A stretch of DNA of 64,000 nt from Nitrospina sp. (GCA_018673915.1 JABHBK010000057.1:51-64050), one strand, 5' to 3'; positions 36,510-46,293 are shown, counted from the stretch's first letter. The notes: generated by a model not told the origin, from the letters alone. Numbers and translations are program-made.

Positions 36510-36851
36510 ATGAATGAAAAAAAAGTTTATACCAAAGGGGCATTAATTATCCGTGAAGGCTCTGTGCAGAGAGACGCTTACCTCATCGAAAAAGGGCGAG
36601 TCCAAGTTTTCCGGCAAGATGAAAACGGAAACAAAGCGGTCATAGCAGTCTGTGGTAAACAAGAAGTTATCGGCGAAATGACTCTACTTAAAGGCGGGTC
36701 CCGCTGCGCCAACGTTGTCGCCCTAGAGGATTGCGAGCTCAGCGTTTTATCGTTTAATGTCTTCAAAGATCTTCCGGATTCTGACCCCGGGGTAAGAATT
36801 CTTAGAAAGATTATGGACGAGAGAATAAAAAGTGCGACCCCTTCAGCATAA
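36510..36851 (+). CDS. single-domain cyclic-nucleotide-binding protein
   Basis: 113 aa. IGEMTLLKGGSRCANVVA CAP_ED motif. No other domain. Confidence 0.65.
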   Translation: MNEKKVYTKGALIIREGSVQRDAYLIEKGRVQVFRQDENGNKAVIAVCGKQEVIGEMTLLKGGSRCANVVALEDCELSVLSFNVFKDLPDSDPGVRILRKIMDERIKSATPSA

Positions 36852-36957
36852 TCCATCAATCAGTCTGATCTAAAATTAATAGATAAGTTCCCAGCTAAAA
36901 AAACTTTCCTGAATTCTTAATCGCTGAAGATTCTTCCGAGAGGCCACTCCAGGCCTT

Positions 36958-39075
36958 TTAATGAGCCGGTTCTTCTGGGTAAATTTTTTCATTTGGCTTC
37001 TCTATCCACTCTCTTGCTATTTCCTGTGCCTTTTCTATTAGTTGTGGAGACATTGACTTTTCAACTATGTTTATATTTTTTACGGCATTCTTATCTCCAT
37101 TGGATCCAGCAATAGTCCACCACATATGTGCCAGCACATAATCTTTGGGAACTCCTTGTCCATTGCCATACATCAGTCCCAAGTTGTATTGCGCTGTAGC
37201 ATGTTGCTGTTCTGCTGAAAGACGAAACCATTTGACGGCCTCTTTATAGTTTTGTGAAGCGCCAAGGTAATACATCGTGCCCAAATTGTTGAGTGCATCA
37301 GCGAAGTCAGGCTTGAGTTTAATGGCCTCTTTGAAGTGAGAAATAGCTTCCTCAGTCTTCCCTTGAATAGACAGAGCATTTCCAAGATTGTAATGGGCTA
37401 CGGAGAAATCAGGGTCAATCCTGATGGCTAACTTGAAAGAAGAAACAGCTTCCTCAGTCCTCCCCTCAGCCAACAGGGCAATCCCAAGATTGGTATGCGC
37501 ATCGGCGAAGCCGGGCATAAGCATAATGGCCTCTTTGAAGTGAGAAATAGCTTCCCCAGTCTTTCGTTCAGCAAACAGGGCAATCCCGAGATTGTAATGG
37601 GCGTCGGCGTAGTCCGGCTTGAGCTTTACAGCCGTTTTGTAATGGGAAATAGCTTCTTTAGTTTTTTGCTCAGCCAACAGGGCAATTCCAAGATTGTAAT
37701 GGGCATCGGCGTAATCAGGCTGGAGCTTAATAGCTTCCTTATATTGAGAAATAGCTTCTTTAGTCTTCTGTTCAGCAAACAGGGCGGCCCCAAGGTTGTT
37801 ATATACCAGATCGAAGTCAGGGTATTTTTTATCCGTTACGCTAATAGCATGCTTAAAAATGGTAATACTGTTCTTCCAGTGACTCACCTGGTTCCAGGTT
37901 ATTACCATTAATGCAGAAACACATATTCCTGCCAGAATAACCAAAACCTTGTCCCTATGGCGCCACTTTGCCAAAAGCTCTGGCACTCCCCAAGCTACAA
38001 TGATGAAGATTCCAATAAGAGATACATAGGCATATCGGTCTGCCATAGCTTGCGCCCCAACCTGCACAACCCCAATCACAGGAGCCAGGGTTCCAAGATA
38101 CCAAAACCAACCAAATGCAAAATAAGGCGCCTTCCTAATAAACTTAATGGCAACGGCTGTAATGCCTACCAATGCCATTGCGCACAGTACTCCTTTCCAG
38201 ACTGCCAAAGCATTTCCGGGATGAGGATAGAGCACCGCCAGCCCCTCTGGCCATACCGTTTTTTTCAGATACACAACATATGAAACCATTGCGTTGGTAA
38301 GGCGTGCGGACTGCGAAAAAACCTCCATGCCCTGCAAGGCACCACCGAGTTTTTGAACGATAAGGGTCATGGTGCATGAAACCGCCGTAAGCAGAAATAA
38401 AGGGATTTTTTCCTTTATCAGGCAGGGCAATGAAGTCTGACTATCTGTTTGTTCAGTCGTTTCATTGTTGTTCCCAAGTTTCAATCGTCGCAAAGGCCAA
38501 TAGTCCATCATGAGAAGGACAAAAGGTAATGTCACCAACATGGGTTTCGACATCAGGCCCAACACAAAAAACAGAACAACCAAGCTGTATCCTTTTAGAC
38601 TTGTTTTCCCGGCATATCGAAGATAAGCCCACATGGTTAACAACCAGAAAAATGTACTGAGAACATTTTTACGTTCGGAAACCCACGCTACAGATTCAAC
38701 ATTGAAGGGGTGAATTGCAAATAACGCCGCAACCATACCGCTCTTCCATAGAGCTCCCGTCATTCGAAGGAGAACCAGGAAAAGTAACAGGACATTAGCG
38801 ATGTGAAAAAGTAAGCTGGTCAGGTGATGACCTTTGGGATTTGAACCGTAAAGCTGATAATCCAGCATATGTGAAAGCCAGGTTATTGGAAACCAGTTGG
38901 CATGATTGAACGAGGTAAATGCCCAGACAACACTTTCACCGGTTAATCCTTTTTTCACCTGCAAGTTCTTTGTTACATAATCGGGATCATCGTAATTAAT
39001 AAACTCATGGTTTTGAACTTGCGAGTAAACAGCAAACGTTGTTACCAACAGAAATACGCAAATTACAACTTTCAT
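36958..39075 (-). CDS. multi-TM glycosyltransferase-like (TMTC/PMT-like, DUF1736-type) protein with C-terminal TPR and Sel1 repeats
   Basis: 705 aa. N-terminal half has about 10 TM helices with the YDDPDYV...NWFPITWLSHMLDYQLYG pattern. C-terminal half has about 6 TPR units plus Sel1-like units. Confidence 0.65.
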   Translation of the reverse strand: MKVVICVFLLVTTFAVYSQVQNHEFINYDDPDYVTKNLQVKKGLTGESVVWAFTSFNHANWFPITWLSHMLDYQLYGSNPKGHHLTSLLFHIANVLLLFLVLLRMTGALWKSGMVAALFAIHPFNVESVAWVSERKNVLSTFFWLLTMWAYLRYAGKTSLKGYSLVVLFFVLGLMSKPMLVTLPFVLLMMDYWPLRRLKLGNNNETTEQTDSQTSLPCLIKEKIPLFLLTAVSCTMTLIVQKLGGALQGMEVFSQSARLTNAMVSYVVYLKKTVWPEGLAVLYPHPGNALAVWKGVLCAMALVGITAVAIKFIRKAPYFAFGWFWYLGTLAPVIGVVQVGAQAMADRYAYVSLIGIFIIVAWGVPELLAKWRHRDKVLVILAGICVSALMVITWNQVSHWKNSITIFKHAISVTDKKYPDFDLVYNNLGAALFAEQKTKEAISQYKEAIKLQPDYADAHYNLGIALLAEQKTKEAISHYKTAVKLKPDYADAHYNLGIALFAERKTGEAISHFKEAIMLMPGFADAHTNLGIALLAEGRTEEAVSSFKLAIRIDPDFSVAHYNLGNALSIQGKTEEAISHFKEAIKLKPDFADALNNLGTMYYLGASQNYKEAVKWFRLSAEQQHATAQYNLGLMYGNGQGVPKDYVLAHMWWTIAGSNGDKNAVKNINIVEKSMSPQLIEKAQEIAREWIEKPNEKIYPEEPAH
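37270..37810 (-). repeat. tandem repeats of about 102 bp in coding DNA (TPR units)
   Basis: Successive 34-aa units (DYADAHYNLGIALLAEQKTKEAISHYK...) are also recognisably similar at DNA level. Boundaries are approximate. Confidence 0.6.
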
Positions 39076-39244
39076 GGGTTTATAGAGTTTTTTAGAAGTG
39101 GATGATTGTATTTAGTCTAATGGAGTAAAAATTGTTTTCGGCCTCGTTATATTCTGCCAAAGCTCTCGTGCCCTGAAAGGGTACTCACGCCGGAAACTCC
39201 ATATTTTGGGGAGGGTATTGCAAAGATCGAATTGCTATAAAAAG

Positions 39245-39517
39245 CTATAGTATCGTTTCAATGCCTTTATATAAATCTATATCATCGTCGGGAGGTGGCT
39301 TTTGCCCTTTCCCTCTGCGAACTTGTGCAAGGTTTTGCATAAAGTGGATATTACATTTCGGGCAGAACCATCCTTCGCCCGAAAATATCCAGCATTCATC
39401 CTCTACCCAATCCTGCGCTTCTTCTTCACTGTCGCACCATCCCCCATTTTCAATGCAGTCCTCAGCTACCCGGGTATAGCAGACCATAGAATATTGATTA
39501 TTTCTTTGTACAATCAA
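39245..39517 (-). CDS. hypothetical small Cys/Trp-rich acidic protein
   Basis: 90-aa ORF 15 nt downstream of the aldo/keto reductase gene. Contains a CPKC pair. Confidence 0.4.
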   Translation of the reverse strand: MIVQRNNQYSMVCYTRVAEDCIENGGWCDSEEEAQDWVEDECWIFSGEGWFCPKCNIHFMQNLAQVRRGKGQKPPPDDDIDLYKGIETIL

Positions 39518-39532
39518 TGCGAGTTCCTTTCG

Positions 39533-40405
39533 TTATATCACCGGGCCGAAATGAGGACCCCAGTTTTTGGAAAAATCTTTGCCAATAGCACGTAACTTGG
39601 CCGCTTCTCTTGAGTTGATGGGTTTGAAGTTTTGCGCCCACTTTATATTCTGATACAGTTCCGCTCTTGTTACCATACCAATCGCAGCAGATGCTATTCC
39701 AGGCTGGCTCAAAGCATAACGGAAAGCCATTTCATGAAACTGGCGCGGCACCATGCTGTGGCTCAATCCACTTCCCTCCTGCTTATTCTGACCGCCAAAG
39801 ACTTTAATGGCGAGCAGCCCAATTTGTTTTTTAGCCGCCAGAGGCCAAACCTCCTGCTCAAAATTATAAGTATGGTGATCGACAAAATTCACAGCATTTA
39901 GCATGGCATCCACTTTAAAGTTTTTGATCGCATCGACAAACCTACCCTGACGATTGTGTCCAGAAAACCCTATATACTTCGCCAGCCCCTTGGCTTTGGC
40001 TTTCATCAAACCGGCGTAACAACCGCGCTTACCGAACACAATTTTGGGGTCCATCTTATCAGCTCCGACACTATGAACGAAAACCAGATCAGCGTAATCG
40101 GTTTGCAATTCGCGCAAGTTTCGTTGCAAGAGTTTCAACGCGTCCTCTCCATAAGGCTCATGGCATTTAGTGACCAAAAATACTTCCTTGCGCCGTTCTT
40201 TAAGCAAATAACCCAACTGCTTTTGAGCTTGACCGTAGCCCGTGAATTCCGGAGCGGTATCAAAGTAAGTCACTCCCAGGTTGAGGGCTTCTTCGTACAG
40301 ATGGACGGCTTCTTTCAGCTTCAGACGTTTTCCGGCAGCAGCTGTACCGAACCCTAGAATGGATATTCGTTCTCCAGTTTTTCCGAGCAAGCGAGTGGGT
40401 ATCAT
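39533..40405 (-). CDS. aldo/keto reductase
   Basis: 290 aa. ...LGFGTAA...YFDTAPEY-like, ...FLVTKC... and ...IGFSGH... patterns typical of the AKR family. Confidence 0.8.
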   Translation of the reverse strand: MIPTRLLGKTGERISILGFGTAAAGKRLKLKEAVHLYEEALNLGVTYFDTAPEFTGYGQAQKQLGYLLKERRKEVFLVTKCHEPYGEDALKLLQRNLRELQTDYADLVFVHSVGADKMDPKIVFGKRGCYAGLMKAKAKGLAKYIGFSGHNRQGRFVDAIKNFKVDAMLNAVNFVDHHTYNFEQEVWPLAAKKQIGLLAIKVFGGQNKQEGSGLSHSMVPRQFHEMAFRYALSQPGIASAAIGMVTRAELYQNIKWAQNFKPINSREAAKLRAIGKDFSKNWGPHFGPVI

Positions 40406-40622
40406 TTCAAGTTCTCAGTTGTATCTTTTCTACAATTCTAAATTCATATTTTACCATACAGGCGACAAACCTAAAAACATTTCAGGTTTATGAATCTTTT
40501 CGGAGCAGGAAGAATCCTAATTGTGGAGAGGTAGATTATTGAAATTCCCCCCGGCCCGATAAATACCATGAGGCTTTGATTTCGCACACTCTCTCACCTT
40601 CACATATTAAGAGGTGCTGAAG

Positions 40623-41030
40623 ATGGTTAGATGGCTGACATCAGCAATACTCTGTTCTTTCCTTATAGGGGTTCACCCCACGAACGCACACGACTACCCG
40701 GATATGCTGAAATATCCCGGCGAGTATATCAGGCATCTGGATATTATCGTCAATGAGGACGAAAGCGGGAGTATCTCCATCGTTAAGATAGGGAGATGGA
40801 GTCCGTTCCGCAGATATCCGTGGTTTCGGGCAGGAGACACCATTGACGAGGTAGAAGAAAAGAAAGCAAGTTTAATTTCCCTGCGCTCTCTGATCAGGAA
40901 TCAGGACGCTTGGATCTCATACACACGAGGCGAGTACAGCCATAGGGTACAGATCAATCTTAAGCTGAATTTCTTCGGACTCCCCCCTTGGGTAAATTAT
41001 GTTAAAGGGTCTGGCACCACGCATCCTTAA
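40623..41030 (+). CDS. hypothetical exported protein
   Basis: About 135 aa with an N-terminal signal-like helix (LTSAILCSFLIGVHPTNA). Start taken at the ATG after AAGAGG. Confidence 0.4.
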   Translation: MVRWLTSAILCSFLIGVHPTNAHDYPDMLKYPGEYIRHLDIIVNEDESGSISIVKIGRWSPFRRYPWFRAGDTIDEVEEKKASLISLRSLIRNQDAWISYTRGEYSHRVQINLKLNFFGLPPWVNYVKGSGTTHP

Positions 41031-41114
41031 GCGCTTCTTCCATACAGGCGGAAAACATTTTCTGGTAACATGTTGAACTCGCCTCTCTAAAACATATTGG
41101 AGCTTAAAATTATT

Positions 41115-41486
41115 ATGGAAGATCAAACTTTATATCAGCGTCTGGGTGGGTATGACAGTATAGCCGCTGTCGCCAGTGATTTATTACCGCGTCTCATGGC
41201 AGATCCCCTACTGGGTCGTTTCTGGCAGAACCGGGGAGATGATGGTATCCGCCGGGAAAAACAATTATTAATTGATTTTTTATGCGCCAATTCCGGTGGC
41301 CCTCTGAACTATGTAGGGCGAGATATGTTGACCTCCCATAAAGGCATGGCGATCAGCGAAAAAGACTGGGGCAATTTCACCACTCATCTCAATGCTACCC
41401 TGGATCATTTTCAACTAGCGGAAACAGAAAAAAGTCAGGTGTGTGGTTTTATTGAAAGCCTGAAAGAAGAAATTGTCGAAAAATAA
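41115..41486 (+). CDS. glbN: group I truncated hemoglobin
   Basis: LYQRLGGYDSIAAVASDLLPRLMADPLLGRFW and ...LTSHKGMAISEKDW... are trHbN signatures. Start taken at MEDQTLY. Confidence 0.8.
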   Translation: MEDQTLYQRLGGYDSIAAVASDLLPRLMADPLLGRFWQNRGDDGIRREKQLLIDFLCANSGGPLNYVGRDMLTSHKGMAISEKDWGNFTTHLNATLDHFQLAETEKSQVCGFIESLKEEIVEK

Positions 41487-41592
41487 TCATTTAAATCTCT
41501 CTTCTGACCTTAAAGGTTAAGAAAGCCTTATTAATGGTATAATATTGAGCATAAAAATTGTTTTTTATCTATACATTCGGGGGTTTAAACCC

Positions 41593-42267
41593 ATGAGACT
41601 CCTCAAAATTTTTCTATTTATCCAGATTGTCATGATCGCGCCTTTGATGTTGACCTCGGCAATGGCCAACAAAGTAGAGGAATGCCGCATACTTTTCCAT
41701 CCCATTGAAAATACGGCAAATTCCATTAAATCCCGTGGAGGGGTATGGGCCTTAATTGAGAAACGGGCGATATATAGAAAACACGCCACAATTGGACTTC
41801 ATGTCGACTCAAAAATTGCTTCTCTCATATATACTATTAACTATGTATGCGATAGCCAGGAGGGCATGCCCATCAATTCTGTAGCTAATCAGGTTGTGCC
41901 GATGATGAAAGAAAGGGGACTGGAAGCTTTTATAGAATATTATTTAAATCTTTCTCATCCCCTGGCAGAAGTCAAGGTATGGGCAAAATATGCTGATTAT
42001 TTTGAAGCGAATCGCCATCGCAAGCTGGACTTCAATCAGACAAAGAACACTATCGAAATTGCGCGGACGTTTTTTGAACGCTATACAGCATTGAATCATA
42101 AGATCAAGTCGACGAATGATGTAGAAGGCGTTGGTAAAGAAGGCCAGGCGATAATTGATGAAATCTTGCAGTTCCACGCTACCGACCCCATTTTAAAACA
42201 GGTCAATGCTGAAAATTTAGAGATCCCCCACGCGTCTACCCTGACTCAGGTTGCGGATGAAATGTGA
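41593..42267 (+). CDS. hypothetical exported protein
   Basis: About 224 aa from MRLLKIFLFIQIVMIAPLMLTSAMA (signal peptide). No recognised motif. Confidence 0.45.
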   Translation: MRLLKIFLFIQIVMIAPLMLTSAMANKVEECRILFHPIENTANSIKSRGGVWALIEKRAIYRKHATIGLHVDSKIASLIYTINYVCDSQEGMPINSVANQVVPMMKERGLEAFIEYYLNLSHPLAEVKVWAKYADYFEANRHRKLDFNQTKNTIEIARTFFERYTALNHKIKSTNDVEGVGKEGQAIIDEILQFHATDPILKQVNAENLEIPHASTLTQVADEM

Positions 42268-42285
42268 AGGCTCATAAAAGAAAAA

Positions 42286-42309
42286 GGGCCCGGCCAAATG
42301 GCCGAGCCC
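42286..42309 (-). terminator. rho-independent terminator (best on the minus strand, for cspA)
   Basis: GGGCCCGGCC-AAAT-GGCCGAGCCC stem (9 of 10 pairs). On the minus strand it is followed by TTTTTCTTTT. Confidence 0.65.
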
Positions 42310-42378
42310 TTTCATGCTTAAAATGGAACAAAGAGGACTCCAGCAGATTCAAACTTCTGCCAGATGCGTACTCGATTC

Positions 42379-42579
42379 TTATTTAGGCACCACTTTGGTG
42401 GCTTGTGGACCCTTCTGGCCCATACCTTCCTCAAATTCGACCGCTTGGCCCTCTGCTAGAGTCTTAAAACCGTCACCTTGAATTTCTGAAAAATGAACAA
42501 ATAAATCTTTGCCACTCTCAGACTCAATGAATCCATAACCCTTGCTTTCGTTAAACCATTTTACTGTTCCTGCTGACAT
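42379..42579 (-). CDS. cspA: cold-shock protein
   Basis: 66 aa from [22 protein letters not shown]1 motif KGYGFI and RNP2 motif LFVHF. The track ORF is extended upstream. Confidence 0.9.
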   Translation of the reverse strand: MSAGTVKWFNESKGYGFIESESGKDLFVHFSEIQGDGFKTLAEGQAVEFEEGMGQKGPQATKVVPK

Positions 42580-43170
42580 AATAAATACTCCAATTGTTCG
42601 GGAAGCACTTCCAGAAAATCTGGATAACATATTCCCTGTTCTTTTAACTGGGTTGGGTGGATGCAAGAACTTTTAGAGAACCACTTCGACAAAAAACCAA
42701 ACAACATTAGGTCTACTCAAGGCGAGAAACTAGAAGAAATCAACTTACACTACATTTAACAACCCTTGTTTACGCGAATAGCCTACCATAAATATCGGAA
42801 ATGCCCTAATTTTATATCCTCAAAGTAGCCTAGCCTTGTTCCTGGCTTGTCAAAGAAGAGAAATCAGCCCGATTCCTGTCTAGGCTATCGTTTCCCAACG
42901 GATGAACAAATTATTAGTATTTCTAAATATGTTTCAGGCATGCCATTGAGTAGTGGTAGGGTTGCAGCTAATTTAAAAACTGAAGCAAACTATCGATAAT
43001 TACCCATCCAACCCACTGGGAAAGAAAAACAGGACCAACTCTTTCCTGGTAGTGGTAATATTAATTAGGCAATATTTCATCTATTCTTTAATGATTAAAT
43101 ATAAATTGAGAAACCCTCTAAATTAACCGCAAAGAAAGGGATATAAAACTCTTCTCTATAGCAAACCTTA

Positions 43171-44070
43171 ATGAACCGAGTCTCAACACCAAAAATTATT
43201 CCTGTAGAACAGCGGCAATTTCTCCCCGATGACATAGGCCCCTGGTTTTACACAAAACGTCATTTGGCTAAGCCAGTCGCAGAACTTGCCGGACGTTGTT
43301 TTCTGGACTCCAGAATTCGCGAAAATATCACCTGTCTTAAAAATGAAAATCCGGGTCTGATCTTAGGCGAGACGCATTGCCACTCCACCTATTCAGATGG
43401 ATCGCACTCCGTAAAAAGCATCTTTAAAAGAGCCGCAAATCTGGGCCTGGACTATGTAGTCATTACCGATCATTTAACTCCGGGGAAATTCTTGATCAAA
43501 AACATAGTCACTTCTCTAAAGGAACAAGCTCAATGTATTAATGAATGGGATGAAACTTCCAAACCGATCAAGGCGTATCCTGCTTTTGAAATGAGCACTT
43601 TGGAAGGACACTTAATTCTCATTCTGGATCCAGAGTGCTTTTCTCAGGTTTCCGATATTTCACTGCAGTTTTCGGATTTTGATTACCAGTTTGTCTCCAT
43701 GCTTGATGTGATTCCCCGAATTAAACCATTTGGTGGTATATCCATTATCCCGCACCCAGAAATTAAGAGAACATACCCCTTCGGCACACCCACCAAGTGG
43801 ATAAAAGAAAACCTAATTGGTCTGGTTGATGGGATAGAAGATATATCTTCCGGGCATGGATATCAGGAAACCTATTCGCAGGAGCTTGGTTTGGCGTCTA
43901 TCGGCTCGTCAGACGACCATTTCAATTTGCTAATGGGTACAGCCGTCACCGCTTACGATGGAAACATTCACCCTGATCTGATTTCCGCTGTAAGATCCCG
44001 ACAAACAAAAGCGATTACGGTAGAAAACTCCCTGCAACATCTCCTCAAATTAGCGCGTCACGTATTTTAA
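43171..44070 (+). CDS. PHP-domain metal-dependent phosphoesterase
   Basis: 299 aa. GETHCHSTYSDGSHS and ...VVITDH... PHP motifs. Confidence 0.7.
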   Translation: MNRVSTPKIIPVEQRQFLPDDIGPWFYTKRHLAKPVAELAGRCFLDSRIRENITCLKNENPGLILGETHCHSTYSDGSHSVKSIFKRAANLGLDYVVITDHLTPGKFLIKNIVTSLKEQAQCINEWDETSKPIKAYPAFEMSTLEGHLILILDPECFSQVSDISLQFSDFDYQFVSMLDVIPRIKPFGGISIIPHPEIKRTYPFGTPTKWIKENLIGLVDGIEDISSGHGYQETYSQELGLASIGSSDDHFNLLMGTAVTAYDGNIHPDLISAVRSRQTKAITVENSLQHLLKLARHVF

Positions 44071-44365
44071 CTAGACCCTAGACATTCCATGCTCCCGACC
44101 ATTGCGATTTATCTAGCTAGAAATGGGTAGATCGGGTTCTTGGCCCCCTCTGCCAAAGGAATTTTTGTTTCTAAATCAGGAAAAATGAGTTATATCTATT
44201 AGTTAGGACTAGTTATTTAAACACCCCTTATTTTCCCCCGTTATTTTCACCCCTGTCTGTTTTTTTCTTAAGGGCCCTAAATCTCAATCCTTATATTGAG
44301 TTGGTTTGCTTATCAGGGCAAATTCTCTAAAATTTTCAATCAATCTATGTTTGCTTGGAGTTGAA

Positions 44366-44752
44366 ATGCGTAGTTGTGTGCGTTGGTTTGTTGCTGGGGT
44401 TTTATGTTTTTTATTTACAGGGTGTGCAGCAGGAAAGGTCTACGTTGCGCAATCAGGGGATAGCCAGTCCTCTTGTTTAGATCTTGATAAAGAGTTGGAA
44501 CGGACTCAAGGAAAAATTAAAACTTTGAATGATACTGATCATACCCTGAAGGATCTGAGAGATTTTGCTCTTGGAGCGGCCAGGTTTGCCTTTCCCCCTC
44601 TGGGGATATTGAACGCACTATTGATAGTATCTGATTCCCATGTCGCAGACTTGGCGGAAAATAAAGCCTTGAAAGACCGTCACGATGGGATGGTTGCAAT
44701 TTCCAACCAAAAAGAATGTGGCTATAAATATGCCATGTCCCCCCACCAGTAG
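44366..44752 (+). CDS. hypothetical lipoprotein
   Basis: About 128 aa from MRSCVRWFVAGVLCFLFTGC (lipobox FTGC). Confidence 0.5.
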   Translation: MRSCVRWFVAGVLCFLFTGCAAGKVYVAQSGDSQSSCLDLDKELERTQGKIKTLNDTDHTLKDLRDFALGAARFAFPPLGILNALLIVSDSHVADLAENKALKDRHDGMVAISNQKECGYKYAMSPHQ

Positions 44753-45259
44753 GCGTAGTTACTACACAAAAAATATTACTTCTGCTCAATACCGTAAAAA
44801 GTTGCCATTAACTTTGCTATTGAACTCATAGATTTTTCTTTAAGTGTGAAATTTTTGCCCACCGGCTCAGAACACTTATTAGTCTTTTGCTTTAAATTAT
44901 GCTTTCTGGTGCTTGAATTCATGTTTTGTCCCTTTCAAATTATTGACACATTAAGTAAATATTTTATAGAGCAATTATCGGGCCCAAAACCACAATCCAA
45001 CCCCTTTATTAAAGGTATAAATCAATCTTCTTCATTATCAGCCCCCTCCCCAAGACCTGCTTTGACACAATTACTTGTTTAATTTGGAGAAAATCAGGAA
45101 AATTCCTTGCAATTCTTTCCCCACAGCCCTATCTTTAATATACACACACGGTAAATTTTAACTGGTTCTTCCGGGGCTCATTTTTGTAGAGCCCCCTTTG
45201 CCACTATTTTTGTTGGGACTTCGATATATTTTCATCGAATAACTATAAGGAAAGTGTAT

Positions 45260-45571
45260 ATGGAAGGGATTTTGAAAATATACCTATTGGGATTTTTGGT
45301 CAGCGCAACAGGGGTAGCTGACCAGAAGGGAACTCAAATTGCGAAAGCCCAACTCACCCCCCCAGCGGCGTCAATGCAAACGCGCTACCCCAACACCTAC
45401 AAAGGTTGTCTTCTCTCGGCCAAAAAGAGGATGGACGTTTGCAAAACCAAGCTCAACCAATCCATAAAATCCCTCACAGGTTCGGCTCATAAAATTTTTA
45501 GAAAACAGCGAAAATGTGAAGCGGACAAAGAACAAAACTTTTTCCTTTGTAAAAAACTTTTCCTTAAATAA
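45260..45571 (+). CDS. hypothetical small exported basic protein
   Basis: About 103 aa from the ATG after AAGGA. Has a signal-like N-terminus. Confidence 0.35.
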   Translation: MEGILKIYLLGFLVSATGVADQKGTQIAKAQLTPPAASMQTRYPNTYKGCLLSAKKRMDVCKTKLNQSIKSLTGSAHKIFRKQRKCEADKEQNFFLCKKLFLK

Positions 45572-45645
45572 CAACCGGGCCACATCAAGTAGAAAGCTTA
45601 TAGGAGTGTGGCGAATAACCGCGATCCATTACCAAAGCGGGCAGG

Positions 45646-46161
45646 TTAAGGAGTGGGAGGAAGCAGGTCTTCGAGGAAGAAGGCCGCGAGTTCAGAGCGG
45701 CTGGCAAGTTTTGTTTTCTGATAGATCGCTTGTGACTGTTGTTGCACGGTTTTAAGCTTTGTGCTTCGAACATCGGCAATTTCTTTCAACGAAAAACCTT
45801 TAAGCAGAAGAAAACCCACCTCTGTTTCAGCCGGAGTCAGCTGCCAATGTAGAAACTGATTTTCAATTTTGATCGACAACCCTGCAAGAAGTTGGTGGGT
45901 CTCCCCTTTCCACTTTTCTTTTTCTATATTCAGTTTTTCCACATCACTTGTTAGCGATTCAATTTTCTGTCTGGCCTGAGCCAACTCCCTGATTCCTCCA
46001 CCAAACACCGCGCCGCTGATGGCAAGCAGGATCCCCTCCAATATCAGATGGGTGCCAGTGCCCCCTTCTAAATAATCGCTAATGAGGTCGAGCCCTACCA
46101 GCACAACAAAAGCTCCTGACAATACTAAAACCATGGGATTGGCTCCACGTGCATCCGCCAT
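45646..46161 (-). CDS. membrane-anchored LuxR/GerE-family HTH regulator
   Basis: 171 aa. Two N-terminal hydrophobic helices and a coiled-coil linker. C-terminal LTPAETEVGFLLLKGFSLKEIADVRSTKLKTVQQQSQAIYQK (GerE HTH). Confidence 0.7.
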   Translation of the reverse strand: MADARGANPMVLVLSGAFVVLVGLDLISDYLEGGTGTHLILEGILLAISGAVFGGGIRELAQARQKIESLTSDVEKLNIEKEKWKGETHQLLAGLSIKIENQFLHWQLTPAETEVGFLLLKGFSLKEIADVRSTKLKTVQQQSQAIYQKTKLASRSELAAFFLEDLLPPTP

Positions 46162-46293
46162 TTACCCTATGCCTCCTGTAAACTATTGATATTTATCGCA
46201 AATTCCATCCACCATAGTGCGGATGGATGTTTTCCACTTTCTGATGAAAATTAGTTGCAGGTTGCTTTATTACTCTTTTCTCAGGAGGTTATC

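Noticed and set aside
44846-45082. 78-aa plus-strand ORF in the 500-nt intergenic region
   Set aside because: It has a GTG start without an RBS and a Cys/Phe/Leu-rich composition. It spans the promoter-like element, so it is probably non-coding.
45096-45111. AGGAAAATTCCTTGCA with correct GG-N10-GC spacing upstream of the 103-aa gene
   Set aside because: The -12 TTGCA is good, but the -24 element matches only the GG. That is too weak to call without a matrix score.
46186-46199. FNR/CRP-like TTGAT-N4-ATCGC box
   Set aside because: It matches 8 of 10 positions, and no CRP/FNR-type HTH regulator is in the window. It is mentioned only as context for the LuxR intergenic region.
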